The notes: generated by a model from the letters alone, not told the origin. DNA of 64,000 nt from Nitrosopumilus sp. (GCA_965238275.1 OZ250186.1:224001-288000); one strand, 5' to 3'. Shown: positions 50,670 to 61,253, counted from the stretch's first letter. Translations and numbers: made by a program.

Positions 50670-51741
50670 AAGGCGGGGGATAATGATCAAGTCACTAAAG
50701 ATAGACCGGGAGTTCTTTTCTGTGGACATCATTAACATGCTGGAGCGTGAAGGGATCCCGTTCATGGTGCCTGCAATCAAGACCAAGGGCGTCAAAAAAG
50801 CCGTAGAGGAGTTCAAAGACGGCAGGAGGAAGGCGGTGTCGCGGCATTCCATAGATTCGGGACGCGATACTGCCGAGTTTACACTGATAATCCAAAAGAG
50901 GAAGAACGGCCACTTTACGCTTGCCACCAACGCCACGGTGCCGCAGGTGCTGGGGTTCGAGTCTGGCGGCGGCCTGACAGGCGCACACGGATTCGCAGAA
51001 CAGTACCGCCTCCGCTGGGGAGTGGAGACTGCGTACAGCAACTACGAGTCCCTCAGGCCCCGCACCACGAGCAGGAACGAGTCGGTGCGCATGCTGCTGC
51101 TGTTCTTCCCGATATTCATTTACAACGCCTGGGCGCTGGTCCGCCACCTGCTCCGGATCTCATTCCACGGCAGGCACATGACGCTCATAAAGATGCTCAG
51201 GCTGTTTCTCAGGTTCATGAAAGAGTTGGGCCTGGCCGAACCACCCACGTGAATTGTGTTTCTTGACGCATTGACACGCAAGTGCCGGCCGCAAGGCTGC
51301 GCGGACATGCAGCAACCGGTGCCGGGGTGCCAACGGAATGTGCGCAGGACAGTCAATTGTGATGATCTTCGGGATTTGTGGACAGTTAGTTGCTAATCAT
51401 GGGTTTGGTAAAGACTGTTGGGCATGTGCAATTAGACACATTTCCAACTACTGATTAAGATTAGGGGGGGTTATCTTACGTGTAGCCTGCTGCGTAATTT
51501 CCTCCGTTCAGACTGAGCGTGCACAGGCACCGTATGTATAATCCTGCACCACCTGCGCTCTCATTATCAACCTGTTGTACGTGGGCAACAAAACACGGTG
51601 CTGCATGCAATTCGTTGATCGACATATTGCCCGTCTGGCACGCTCATCAATCATCCATCTCGCGGTCCGCTACGGGTGCCGAATGCCCTTTGAACCATAG
51701 AAATAGGTACGCTTATAGATCCCATTTTGGGAATGTGCCTA

Positions 51742-52128
51742 ATGTTGAAAACCAAGTCCATATATGCGCCGTCGGATCCTAACGACGGGGAGCGCGTTCT
51801 GGTCACTAGGTTCTATCCGCGCGGCGTAAAACGGGAGCGCTTCCACGAATGGCGGCGCGAGTTGGCGCCTAGCGTCAAGCTGCTCAAACAATACAAAGAG
51901 ATGGAAATATCCGAAGATGAGTTTGAGCGATGCTTCAAGATTGAAATGAACGCCGTTGCAAGCAGACAGGCCATCAAAGACTTGAGAACACGCGCAATGG
52001 TATCCAACGTGACGCTCCTGTGCTACGAACCGGAAGGAGAGATGTGCCACCGCAACATCTTGCAGGAGATCATACGCAACATGTTACACGCTTCGCTTAA
52101 ATCTAAATACGCTGATTACCATGAATGA
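51742..52128 (+). CDS. DUF488 (YeaO-like) protein
   Basis: DGERVLVTRFYPRGVK, ELAPS, LLCYE....CHR. Confidence 0.88.
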   Translation: MLKTKSIYAPSDPNDGERVLVTRFYPRGVKRERFHEWRRELAPSVKLLKQYKEMEISEDEFERCFKIEMNAVASRQAIKDLRTRAMVSNVTLLCYEPEGEMCHRNILQEIIRNMLHASLKSKYADYHE

Positions 52129-52848
52129 ATTTCTGTGTTGAGCCGCGTTACCCACCAAGAAATATTTGTCAAAATTCGGATCGGTGATGCCCAGGTTTGT
52201 CAGTCCCTGTTCCATGTTAGCAGGGTTCTTTCTCATCCATTCATAGATGCCCCATTCTAGAATCTGCTGATCGTGAGGTTTTGCTGACCGGCAGCCCGAA
52301 CAGTGATACTGTACGCGAGGCTGTTTCTGGTAGTTGTGTATCGTGAGGAACAGCACGTCAGAATCCAGCGTAGATTGCACGGACGGGCTGTAGTTTTTTC
52401 TATCTGCCATCCAGCTCTTGATTATCTTCGGTTTGATTATGCCCAAACTGCGTTTGGCGTCGTTGAGGTCTTGTACACAGTTAACACCGAATTCATCGTA
52501 CAGTTTTTTTAGCAAATCAATCTGTTTTGGACGTGTCAGTTTGTCAACTACTTGGATCTTCTCTCTTAGTCTAGACCATTCGTCTTTCGATCCCTGAACT
52601 TTCCAGCTTTCGGTTCTGGTGTCTTGCGGGTTTTTTTCTAAAGGCATGCTTACGACATTCCATCGAGGCATCTTAGCCTCGGGCGGCACGGGGTATATCC
52701 TAACAAGTCCGTGTTTGGGAGAGTAACACGCTGTACATACGGTTCTTCGGTTGTCGCTTATCTCATCAGGAACTGCGTTTCCCAACATAATAAGATCGTC
52801 CATTACAACTCTGTCTGGGTCCACATTACCAAGTATGGTCAGTATCAT
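52084..52848 (-). CDS. Hypothetical protein, probably an OB-fold nucleic-acid-binding partner of DUF488
   Basis: TVCTAC...LVRIYPVP, DTRTESWK, SLGIIKP, CSGC..PHD..ILEWG; true start may be GTG 52824. Confidence 0.65.
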   Translation of the reverse strand: MILTILGNVDPDRVVMDDLIMLGNAVPDEISDNRRTVCTACYSPKHGLVRIYPVPPEAKMPRWNVVSMPLEKNPQDTRTESWKVQGSKDEWSRLREKIQVVDKLTRPKQIDLLKKLYDEFGVNCVQDLNDAKRSLGIIKPKIIKSWMADRKNYSPSVQSTLDSDVLFLTIHNYQKQPRVQYHCSGCRSAKPHDQQILEWGIYEWMRKNPANMEQGLTNLGITDPNFDKYFLVGNAAQHRNSFMVISVFRFKRSV

Positions 52849-52861
52849 AAATCATTATCTA

Positions 52862-53927
52862 TAGCTAAGATCAAAAATTTGTGTGGATTAATTCAGTTTT
52901 TTTGTTTACATGTATGATCAATTCCAGATTGAATCATGTCGTTCGGTAATACGTAGAGACGGCCTGGCACATGTCCGAAAATGTCCGATAATATTCAGAA
53001 ACAAACAGTCTGCGCTTTCCTTGAAGTCAGCATTCTTCCACGGCGTTCAGGTACGGTGAGTCCTTGAGGAAATACATGATCTTGATGTTTTTGGTCGTGC
53101 AAAGGAATTCTTTTACTCATTTTGAGTGGTGCTGCGGGGCCCGGTCTACCGTCACCGCTACCTTGCCAAAGTGCCCGTGCATATTCTTGAGGTATCTGAC
53201 AAACGTGAACCCGTCAAATTTCTCATGCGTCCGGAAGAACTGCCTGCCGTCCTGAGAAATCGAGCCGTACACTGTGATCCTCTTGTGGCTACCGGTGTAC
53301 GGTACGCTTATGGAATGACCCACCCGGGACCAGTACTTGCGGCCGACTATCACGTCGTGTATGAAAATTGCCTCGTCCTTCATTAATACGGTGAAACCAT
53401 CCTTTTCTAGGCGTGAAACGTGCTTGTTGAAGCAATATTTCCAGTTCCGCACCACCCTCTTGTTGGCCCTGTTGATGTGGACCTTGCGCGGTACCTTTGG
53501 AGACAGGCCGTGCTGGCGCATGATTTTTCGGACGTACGTGATGTGAAGTTTTACGCCAGTGTCCTTGCGTATGCTCTGCTGCAGTTCCGAGGGTGTAATT
53601 CCAAGGCAGGGTACCCTTGCAATTATTCCATCAATGACATCTCGCGGAATTCTTCTGGGTCGTCCTCATCGGGGAAGATCACGGAGGCCTTGCAGGCCCC
53701 CGTCGTCGAAGCGGCGCAACCAGTTACAGACCCAGCTTGGGCTACGTCTCTGGATGTCGGTAACCTAGTCCACGGTCATGTTGCGCACGCGAACCATGCG
53801 TACGTGACCATCCGGATTCTGACCCTGTAATCTTTTTCTTTTCTGTACGCCTTTTCGAGTTATTCCAGTTTGGCGTCGTCCATATCTCACTGAAGGGAGC
53901 CTGATCTAGAAACTTTGCGGTTGGCTA
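52862..53927 (-). mobile_element. Degenerate IS630-family element with a pseudogenised transposase (~52870-53883)
   Basis: KDEAIF, DRAPQH and SPYLNAVEE motifs with several stops/frameshifts; weak TAGC.AA terminal repeats, so ends are approximate. Confidence 0.7.
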
Positions 53928-54160
53928 GGGTATTTGCTCAAAAACTTTTGCGCGTCAGTATACACTCTCGGAATACAGAGTGGTATCTAAAAATAGAATG
54001 GTTCATCCATCTTGATGTGTGCTCAGTGTTGATTATTCCGGCACGTATCCTATCTTGGATTTGATCCAGTTTTCGCTTACCTTTCCTTCCTTATAGGCAC
54101 GTATGCAGCCTGTTTTCGTTATTCCGTTTTTTTCAGCTTCCTCACATCCCTTGGCCCATT

Positions 54161-55745
54161 AGAAAATATGCGTAATCCCCCTGTTCACATCGATAAATTT
54201 AGATCAGGCACGATCGCGTCTCACATCAAATGCCAGACTCGCCTGATCAGATCATGCACAGATTGGAACAGGAAAACAGAAGCCTAAAAAATATTCTAAA
54301 GCAGAAAGACAAAAAGCTGGAACAGAAAGACAAAAAGCTGGAACAGAAAGACAAAAAGCTGGAACAGAAAGACAAAAAGCTGGAACAGAAAGACAAAAAG
54401 CTGGAACAGAAAGACAAAACCCTAAAAAATATTCTAAAGCAGAAAGACAAAAAGCTGGAACAGAAAGACAGGGAGTTGGGCCTTGAACGCGGCCTGTGGA
54501 AGAGCAGGAACGATGGCTGGAACCCCGGCAAGGGGCCAGCGTTGCACCTGCTAGAGGTGCTAGACGGCATAATACGCGACGGGGACAAGCTCCGCCATGT
54601 CACGCTGGCAGACGGGGAACAGTTCCGGTACATGCTGGAGCGGGCCAAGGTGTTTCTGACGCATTCGGGCCAGATGCCGCTGTTCCGCGATAACGCATCC
54701 CGGGTCTCCGATCCCGGAAACCGGTGCAAACTGTACCTGAGACACGCACTGCTCCTAGCACTTATCCGCAAAAAGGACAACCCCGCCCAAGGCGTGCTTG
54801 CCGCATTCTTCGGGATAGACCAGACCACCGTGTCCCGGTACATTCCGGTGATGGATGCGATGCTGGCAGGAATACTTCCGACGGCAGACAACATATCCGA
54901 GGAGGTAGCTGCTGCCCCGACCAAGGAGGATTTCAAGAAGATCGTGCCCGGGTCCGACGGGGGCGAGATATTCATAGACGGCACGCACTGCCCCGTGCAG
55001 CGCCCGTCTGTAAAGTCAGTCCGGCGCATGAAATACTCCGGCAAGAAGAAAAAGTTCACCAACAATACCAACGTGTACGCCAACCGGGACGGGGTGGTGA
55101 TCGGCATATCAAAAAGCACCGTCGGGTCAGTCGGCGACATCACGCTGCTCAAGGAACGCCCCATGCCGTTTGGAAAGTGGGAGGAGGCGATGCACGATCC
55201 GGATCTGCCAGAATCAGACAGGTGCCACCCCTTCGTCGACCGCGGCTACCAGGGAATCGCAGACCACCTGCCCGGCACCACGCCGGAGATCCCGTACAAG
55301 AAGACCAGGGACACGCCGCTGACGCCGGAGCAAAAAAAGCACAACCACAGGATCAACTCCACCCGGGTGTTGGTGGAGCACGCCATAGGCAGGCTCAAGC
55401 GCTACGCGCGTCTTGCCGACCCGTACGACGGCAACGCGGCGCAGTTCAACCGGGAGTTCAACGTGATCACCGGGCTGGTAAACCTGAACCTTTTGTGGGA
55501 CTGCATGGAAAAGGGCCCGCCACCACCGGGGCAGTGGAAGACGTCAGTAGACTGGGACAGGGCCTGCTCCCAAGCTCCGGTCAAGTAGAATTCAGGGCAC
55601 GATGAAGTGCTGCAAGGCTGCGCACGTCATTTTGGATTTTGGGGTGAACGGACTTGCCACATACCAGACACGACTAGTTTTAGGCCGTATTTTTCCGGTT
55701 TTTTATGGCCGGGTTGGCAAAATGGGTGGATTACGCATATCTTCT
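54161..55745 (+). mobile_element. IS5-family (DDE_Tnp_4) element, tandem copy A
   Basis: IRs AGAA(A/G)ATATGCGTAATCC; ATT on both sides (54158-54160, 55746-55748). Confidence 0.88.
54230..55588 (+). CDS. IS5-family transposase with N-terminal QKDKKLE heptad repeats
   Basis: HTH (FGIDQTTVSRY), IDGTHCP.QRP, YSGKKK, DRGYQG, RVLVEHAIGRLK. Confidence 0.9.
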   Translation: MPDSPDQIMHRLEQENRSLKNILKQKDKKLEQKDKKLEQKDKKLEQKDKKLEQKDKKLEQKDKTLKNILKQKDKKLEQKDRELGLERGLWKSRNDGWNPGKGPALHLLEVLDGIIRDGDKLRHVTLADGEQFRYMLERAKVFLTHSGQMPLFRDNASRVSDPGNRCKLYLRHALLLALIRKKDNPAQGVLAAFFGIDQTTVSRYIPVMDAMLAGILPTADNISEEVAAAPTKEDFKKIVPGSDGGEIFIDGTHCPVQRPSVKSVRRMKYSGKKKKFTNNTNVYANRDGVVIGISKSTVGSVGDITLLKERPMPFGKWEEAMHDPDLPESDRCHPFVDRGYQGIADHLPGTTPEIPYKKTRDTPLTPEQKKHNHRINSTRVLVEHAIGRLKRYARLADPYDGNAAQFNREFNVITGLVNLNLLWDCMEKGPPPPGQWKTSVDWDRACSQAPVK

Positions 55746-55748
55746 ATT

Positions 55749-57345
55749 AGAGAATATGCGTAATCCCCCTGTCCACATCGATAAATTTAGATCAGGCACG
55801 ATCGTGTCTCACATCAAATGCCAGACTCGCCTGATCAGATCATATACAAGTTGCAGCAGGAAAACAAAAGACTAAAAAATATTCTAAAGCAGAAAGACAA
55901 AAAGCTGGAGCAGAAAGACAAAAAGCTGGAGCAGGAAAACAAAAGCCTAAAAAATATTCTAAAGCAGAAAGACAAAAAGCTGGAGCAGAAAGACAAAAAG
56001 CTGGAGCAGGAAAACAAAAGCCTAAAAAATATTCTAAAGCAGAAAGACAAAAAGCTGGAGCAGAAAGACAGGGATCTGGGCCTTGAGCGCGGCCTGTGGA
56101 AGAGCAGGGACGATGGCTGGAACCCCGGCAAGGGGCCCGCGCTGCATCTGCTAGAGGTGCTAGACGACATAATACGCGACGGGGACAAGCTCCGCCATGC
56201 CACGCTGGCAGACGGGGAACAGTTCCGGTACATGCTGGAGCGGGCCAAGGTGTTTCTGACGCATTCGGGCCAGATGCCGCTGTTCTGCGATAACGCATCC
56301 CGGGCCTCCGATCCCGGAAACCGGTGCAAGCTGCACCTGAGGCACGCGCTGCTCATGGCGCTGATGCACAAAAAGGAAAACATCACGCAGGGAACGCTTG
56401 CCGCGTTCTTCGGGATAGACCAGTCCACCGTGTCCCGGTACTTTCCTGTGATGGACGCGATGCTGGCAGGAATACTTCCGACGGCAGACAACATATCCGA
56501 GGAGGTAGCTGCTGCCCCGACCAGGGAAGATTTCAAGAAGATCGTGCCAGGATCGGATGGGGGCGAGATCTTCATAGACGGCACGCACTGCCCCATACAG
56601 CGCCCGTCCGTAAAGTCAGTCCGGCGCATGAAATACTCCGGCAAGAAGAAAAAGTTTACCAACAATACCAACGTGTACACCAACCGGAACGGGGTGGTGA
56701 TCGGCATATCAAAAAGCACCGTCGGGTCAGTCGGCGACATCACGCTGCTCAAGGAACGCCCCATGCCGTTTGGAAAGTGGGAGAAGGCGATGCACGATCC
56801 GGACCTGCCAGAATCAGACAGGTGCCACCCATTCGTCGACCGCGGCTACCAGGGAATCGCAGACCACCTGCCCGGCACCACGCCGGAGATCCCGCACAAG
56901 AAGACCAGGGACACGCCGCTGACGCCGGAGCAAAAAAAGCACAACCACAGGATCAACTCCACCCGGGTGTTGGTGGAGCACACGATAGGCAGGCTCAAGC
57001 GCTACGCGCGCCTCACCGACCCGTACGACGGCAACGCAGCCGGGTTCAACAGGGAGTTCAACGTGATCACAGGGCTGGTAAACCTGAATCTTTTGTGGGA
57101 CTGCATGGAAAAGGGCCCGCCGCCACCGGGGCAGTGGAAGACGTCAGTAGACTGGGACAGGGCCTGCTCCCAAGCTCCGGTCAAGTAGAATTCAGGGCAC
57201 GATGAAGTGCTGCAAGGCTGCGCACGTCATTTTGGATTTTGGGGTGAACGGACTTGCCACATGCCAGACACGAGTAGTTTTAGGCCGTATTTTTCCGGTT
57301 TTTTATGACCGAGTTGGCGAAATGGGCGGATTACGCATATCTTCT
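55749..57345 (+). mobile_element. IS5-family (DDE_Tnp_4) element, tandem copy B (diverged isoform)
   Basis: Same IR family; 3 bp from copy A; right flank is AAT. Confidence 0.88.
55818..57188 (+). CDS. IS5-family transposase with N-terminal coiled-coil repeats
   Basis: Highly similar to 54230-55588 but with a different repeat arrangement. Confidence 0.9.
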   Translation: MPDSPDQIIYKLQQENKRLKNILKQKDKKLEQKDKKLEQENKSLKNILKQKDKKLEQKDKKLEQENKSLKNILKQKDKKLEQKDRDLGLERGLWKSRDDGWNPGKGPALHLLEVLDDIIRDGDKLRHATLADGEQFRYMLERAKVFLTHSGQMPLFCDNASRASDPGNRCKLHLRHALLMALMHKKENITQGTLAAFFGIDQSTVSRYFPVMDAMLAGILPTADNISEEVAAAPTREDFKKIVPGSDGGEIFIDGTHCPIQRPSVKSVRRMKYSGKKKKFTNNTNVYTNRNGVVIGISKSTVGSVGDITLLKERPMPFGKWEKAMHDPDLPESDRCHPFVDRGYQGIADHLPGTTPEIPHKKTRDTPLTPEQKKHNHRINSTRVLVEHTIGRLKRYARLTDPYDGNAAGFNREFNVITGLVNLNLLWDCMEKGPPPPGQWKTSVDWDRACSQAPVK

Positions 57346-58313
57346 AATGCCATGAGTGGGGTCTCGCGGTTGGCAATGTCCAGCGAAAAGTGCAGGCGTC
57401 TCTCGTTATAGTATTCGACGTACTCTGCCAGGCTCCTGCGGTGACATATTTCATCTTCAAGCGTCCTGTGAAACCGCTCAAGCTTGCCGTTGGTCTGGGG
57501 GTGGTACGGCCTGGAGTTTATCAGCCCTATGCTCAGGTCCAGCAGCTCTGCCTCAAAGGTGGTGGGCTGCCATGATCCGGAAGGCGCCTTCATTCTCTTG
57601 CCGTCCTTCCCCTTCACGTACCTGCCTGTAGCGCCCACAAAGCATGAGCCGTTGTCTGACAGGATGGTGGCAGGAACGCCGAACTGCCTGACTGCATCCC
57701 GGAGAACCTTCACAACGTTCTCGGACGTGGCCTCAGTAAACAGACCCACCCCGGTCACGCATCTTGACGCGTCGTCCAGAAAGGTCACCAGATTGAGCCC
57801 TTTCATGCGCGGATCCTTCATGACATGCCAGTCTGTGTGCCACATGGAGTTGGAATGCCTTCGTTCGTAGCGAACCCACTTTCGTTTTTTGGACTTTGCC
57901 GCAGACGAAACCACCAGGCCGTTCTCCTTCATTATCCGGTATACCCTCTGGTAACCTATATCATGATTTACCTGCAGGTTCATGGCAGTGCGCAGCACGC
58001 CTTGCGGTTCCCGTCTGCATTCATCCAGCACAAGTCGTACTTCCTCTGGGGATGGTGGCCGTGCAGGTCGGCCGGGACGCTGCGGAGTGTCGGCAGTACG
58101 GAACACGGCCCGCAGCCTGCGGACATGTCTTGGCGTCACGCCGATCTCTGCTGCCACTTCCGTCGTGCCCCTGCCCTTGCCGAGCTGTGCCATCGCGTAT
58201 CTGATGGACTTTGCCGTCAGTCGTTTTGCCATCGTTTTTCTTGATCGGTAAAGGACAAGGTAATCCTTTACGTAACGCTTGATCTTAGGCGGACCTAATT
58301 TTCGTACAACAGA
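57346..58313 (-). mobile_element. IS481-family element truncated at its 3' end by IS copy B
   Basis: Transposase from ATG 58232 is homologous to 27647-28615 and breaks at ETPLMA; end TCTGTTGTACG matches the end of the first IS481. Confidence 0.85.
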
Positions 58314-58558
58314 GCTCCCAGCACAGGGCAACAAAGATACGCGAACTGGTTGAGAGAACAGACGGCCTGGAGATAGTCTTTCTGCCGACTGCAACCCCTG
58401 ACCTGAGCGCCATAGAGACGTACTGGAGGGATCTCAAACGGGCAGTGCTTGACGTGCCGTACACCAGCCTGCGGATGCTTCGCGAGGCGATCACCAGGTA
58501 CACGAGGTACAAAAAATCGAATCTGGTAGTCGAGAATTTCCTGTACAGGGCCATCTAG
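58314..58558 (+). pseudogene. 3' remnant of an IS630-family transposase
   Basis: Manual translation SQHRATKIRELVERTDGLEIVFLPTATPDLSAIETYWRDLKR... Confidence 0.75.
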
Positions 58559-58776
58559 AACAACATCAAACCGCACCGGATCCATGCAGCCCAGCGTGTG
58601 CCATGCACGGCGCATCAGAGCATGCAATGTCTAATGTTTGGGATGTCTTTTCTCGTCATTTGGGAATTCAATGCACCTCGTAATTTCCAGAGATGGCTGT
58701 CGCATCAAAAATTTATGAGCGATTTTGACATGAATTTTTCATTGCTGGTATGCTCTATAACCTATCCTCCTTTTGG

Positions 58777-59990
58777 GGGTGTGTCCTAGAGACATATACC
58801 CACGGATGACAAAAGATATGGATCGGCAGATCACGGCATCGCCTAATGACTACAAAGAAACGCGATCAACGACAGTACGATTTGGTTCAGCAGTACCTGC
58901 CGGGCCTCATATTGAATACCGTGCTGGGAATAATCAAAGAGCTTGGGGATCCGTACGCCGTCAGGCCCGGCCTAGGCGGCATGACGGCATATCCGCCTGG
59001 TGCCATGGCATCTGTCTGCATCATGCTTGAGGCACAACGCACGACCTATCGCAAAATGGTCGGCATTCTCAGAAGCAACAGTGCCATGGCATCCAAGATA
59101 GGCCTGGACAGAATTCCCTCCAAGAGCACGATAGCACGCGCCTACGGACTGATTCCGGAATGGTATCTGGCAGAGGCACACCGGGTCGTCATCTGGGAGG
59201 TGAATGCAGGCTCCCTGGCAGCAGACAGTACCGGGTACTCGTACCTGCGGTTTGTCAGGTGGTTTAACGTCAGGACAGACAGTTTTCGTACCAGAAAGGG
59301 ATGGGTCAAGCTGCACGCAATCGTGGACATACGCACCAAGGTGATAATCGACTGCATGGTGACTGACAGTGTGACGGCAGACATAAACGGGCTGTACGCG
59401 ATGCTCGGCAGGCTCGGTCGGGGCACCGGCGACTTTTGTCTGGATTCTGCATACCTGGCAAGGCTAATGTGCAACGTGATATCTGCGATGGGAATGGTGC
59501 CCCGCATCAAGCCAAAATCCAACACCGTGTGCAATGCCAAGGGAAGCCAGTCGTGGCGCGAGATGGTAAGCCTGTACATGGATGACAGGGACAGGTTTGA
59601 TACGGAATACCACCAGCGCAGCATCATCGAGGCAGTCTTTGCCGCCCTCAAGAAGATGTATGGGGACTGCACCCGGTGCCGAAGACATGAGAACCGGGCA
59701 AAGGAGATTGTGATCCGTACCATGTGCTACAACATCGAGCTCGTGGCCAGATTGCAGGCAAAAGACGGCAGGCTCACACAGGACCAAATCGCAACACTTG
59801 CAGCGTAACTGACGCGTCTGAACACGCGCCTCCTAGCGGAGCCTCCGCACAGTGCCTTGTATTTGGGGGATTTTATGGATTGTGGATGATCTATGGCGTG
59901 GCACGGTTGGTGCAGACAGGTTCTGGCATCCGTTATGCCTTTGTCATACTGGCACGCGGGATTGGTGTTTTTTATTACTAGGACACACCC
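58777..59990 (+). mobile_element. IS5-family element (1214 bp)
   Basis: 13-bp perfect IRs GGGTGTGTCCTAG; 9-bp TSD TCCTTTTGG at 58768-58776 and 59991-59999. Confidence 0.9.
58846..59808 (+). CDS. IS5-family DDE transposase
   Basis: IPSKSTI, ADSTG, WVKLH, LDSAY, YHQRSIIE. Confidence 0.9.
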   Translation: MTTKKRDQRQYDLVQQYLPGLILNTVLGIIKELGDPYAVRPGLGGMTAYPPGAMASVCIMLEAQRTTYRKMVGILRSNSAMASKIGLDRIPSKSTIARAYGLIPEWYLAEAHRVVIWEVNAGSLAADSTGYSYLRFVRWFNVRTDSFRTRKGWVKLHAIVDIRTKVIIDCMVTDSVTADINGLYAMLGRLGRGTGDFCLDSAYLARLMCNVISAMGMVPRIKPKSNTVCNAKGSQSWREMVSLYMDDRDRFDTEYHQRSIIEAVFAALKKMYGDCTRCRRHENRAKEIVIRTMCYNIELVARLQAKDGRLTQDQIATLAA

Positions 59991-60020
59991 TCCTTTTGGA
60001 GCCTTACATCTCTATGCACG

Positions 60021-61253
60021 TCATCGATTCCATTCTTCATATGGGACTTCGAAGTTAGTTGCCGTAAATCCTGACGACGTCACCTTGAAGTTTGGAGAGC
60101 AGTTGTGGATCGAGCTGCCAAGGGTGCTCGTGAGAATGACAGTAGAAATTTCTGTTTCAAGCGTGCCAACACCTTCAATAATATCTACGTTATAACTACG
60201 GCTGTCCCCACACCAGCCAGCGTGCCCAGACGGGGAGAATATTCTAAGGTCATTATAGGTTAATGGCGGGTCAGTCGTAAATGTGAGTACAATTGCATCA
60301 TCATTATTTTTATACAAAGGTCTATCAGAAGAGATTGCCACATCTACCAATGTACGTTGTATGACACTGGTAGCAGACATCTCAACCATGTCCGGATCAT
60401 CCACAAAGGACGCCTGTATGCTTATCATTTCATCCTCTAGATAGTATTTTGGAACCGTATACTCAATGCTTGCAGTGCCAAAATCGTTGGCCGTTACTGT
60501 TTCATCATGCAAGAGTTCTAAATTAGAATCAAATATACGCACCCTTACGTCCTCTGAGACTGCACTTGACAGTTTGATGATTGCTGTATGGGGGGTGTCT
60601 GGGAGCGTGGTTTTTTCAACTTCAAGACTTGTTTTCAGTCCAGCCATCGTTGTTGTGGAAGTGAGTTTTCTATCCCGGTCTCCCTGTAGGAACGCAATCA
60701 TTTCTAGATTCTCATCAATGTTGTAATACTTTGGAAGATAGAAGGTGGATCTTGCAATCCCAAAGTCATCTGCCGTGATGACATCATCATATATCAGATC
60801 GCCGATTGGATTAAAGACCCCAATCTTAATACCTACATCCTGTGACGCGTTGGTCTCAAAGGATATACGTATAGGATCACAGGAATTATAGCTTGATTCG
60901 TCAAATCCTCCGGTTAGGGTATGCTCCTCAGTCGCATCCACAGTCGTTATCTTGGCCGATGCCGGTTCCTGTGCTTCATCACACTCATTTTGCCCATTAT
61001 CAACACTGCTAGAGACCGTGACAGAACTGTCCTCACCAACATCATCATCAGGAACCGTGACAATCCCCTCGTTTATTAGAAACTGAAGAACGGCCACAAA
61101 GTCCTGATCACTTATGTCTCCCTGGGCCCAGAGGAGGGCGGTGTTCTTGACCCAGGTAGGTATGTCAAATGACTGGGCGTAAATTGAACCTGTGCCCAAC
61201 ACCACCAACACGCCCACTACCAAAAGAGACAACATGCGGATCCGGGAATACAT
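60021..61253 (-). CDS. Secreted/surface protein with a thaumarchaeal IPxW domain and repeated beta-rich domains
   Basis: Signal peptide, IPTWVKNTALLWAQGDISDQDFVAVLQFLINEGI, two repeats (ITADDFGIA..F.LPKYY / VTANDFGTA..Y.VPKYY). Confidence 0.75.
   Translation of the reverse strand: MYSRIRMLSLLVVGVLVVLGTGSIYAQSFDIPTWVKNTALLWAQGDISDQDFVAVLQFLINEGIVTVPDDDVGEDSSVTVSSSVDNGQNECDEAQEPASAKITTVDATEEHTLTGGFDESSYNSCDPIRISFETNASQDVGIKIGVFNPIGDLIYDDVITADDFGIARSTFYLPKYYNIDENLEMIAFLQGDRDRKLTSTTTMAGLKTSLEVEKTTLPDTPHTAIIKLSSAVSEDVRVRIFDSNLELLHDETVTANDFGTASIEYTVPKYYLEDEMISIQASFVDDPDMVEMSATSVIQRTLVDVAISSDRPLYKNNDDAIVLTFTTDPPLTYNDLRIFSPSGHAGWCGDSRSYNVDIIEGVGTLETEISTVILTSTLGSSIHNCSPNFKVTSSGFTATNFEVPYEEWNR

Larger units (their letters stand above)
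48329..51252 (+). pseudogene. ISH3-family transposase split by IS66
   Basis: IAIDKH in the 5' part; IDREFFS and YRLRWGVETAY in the 3' part; halves rejoin in frame as CRRRGIMIKSL. Confidence 0.85.
48205..51453 (+). mobile_element. ISH3-family element interrupted by IS66
   Basis: IRs CAGTAG(A/T)TGGAAATGTGT; 5-bp TSD ATTAA at 48200-48204 and 51454-51458. Confidence 0.85.

Noticed and set aside
57303-58394. 363-aa full-length IS481 transposase
   Set aside because: Both termini are read-through into neighbouring elements; the real start is 58232 and the 3' end is cut at ~57346
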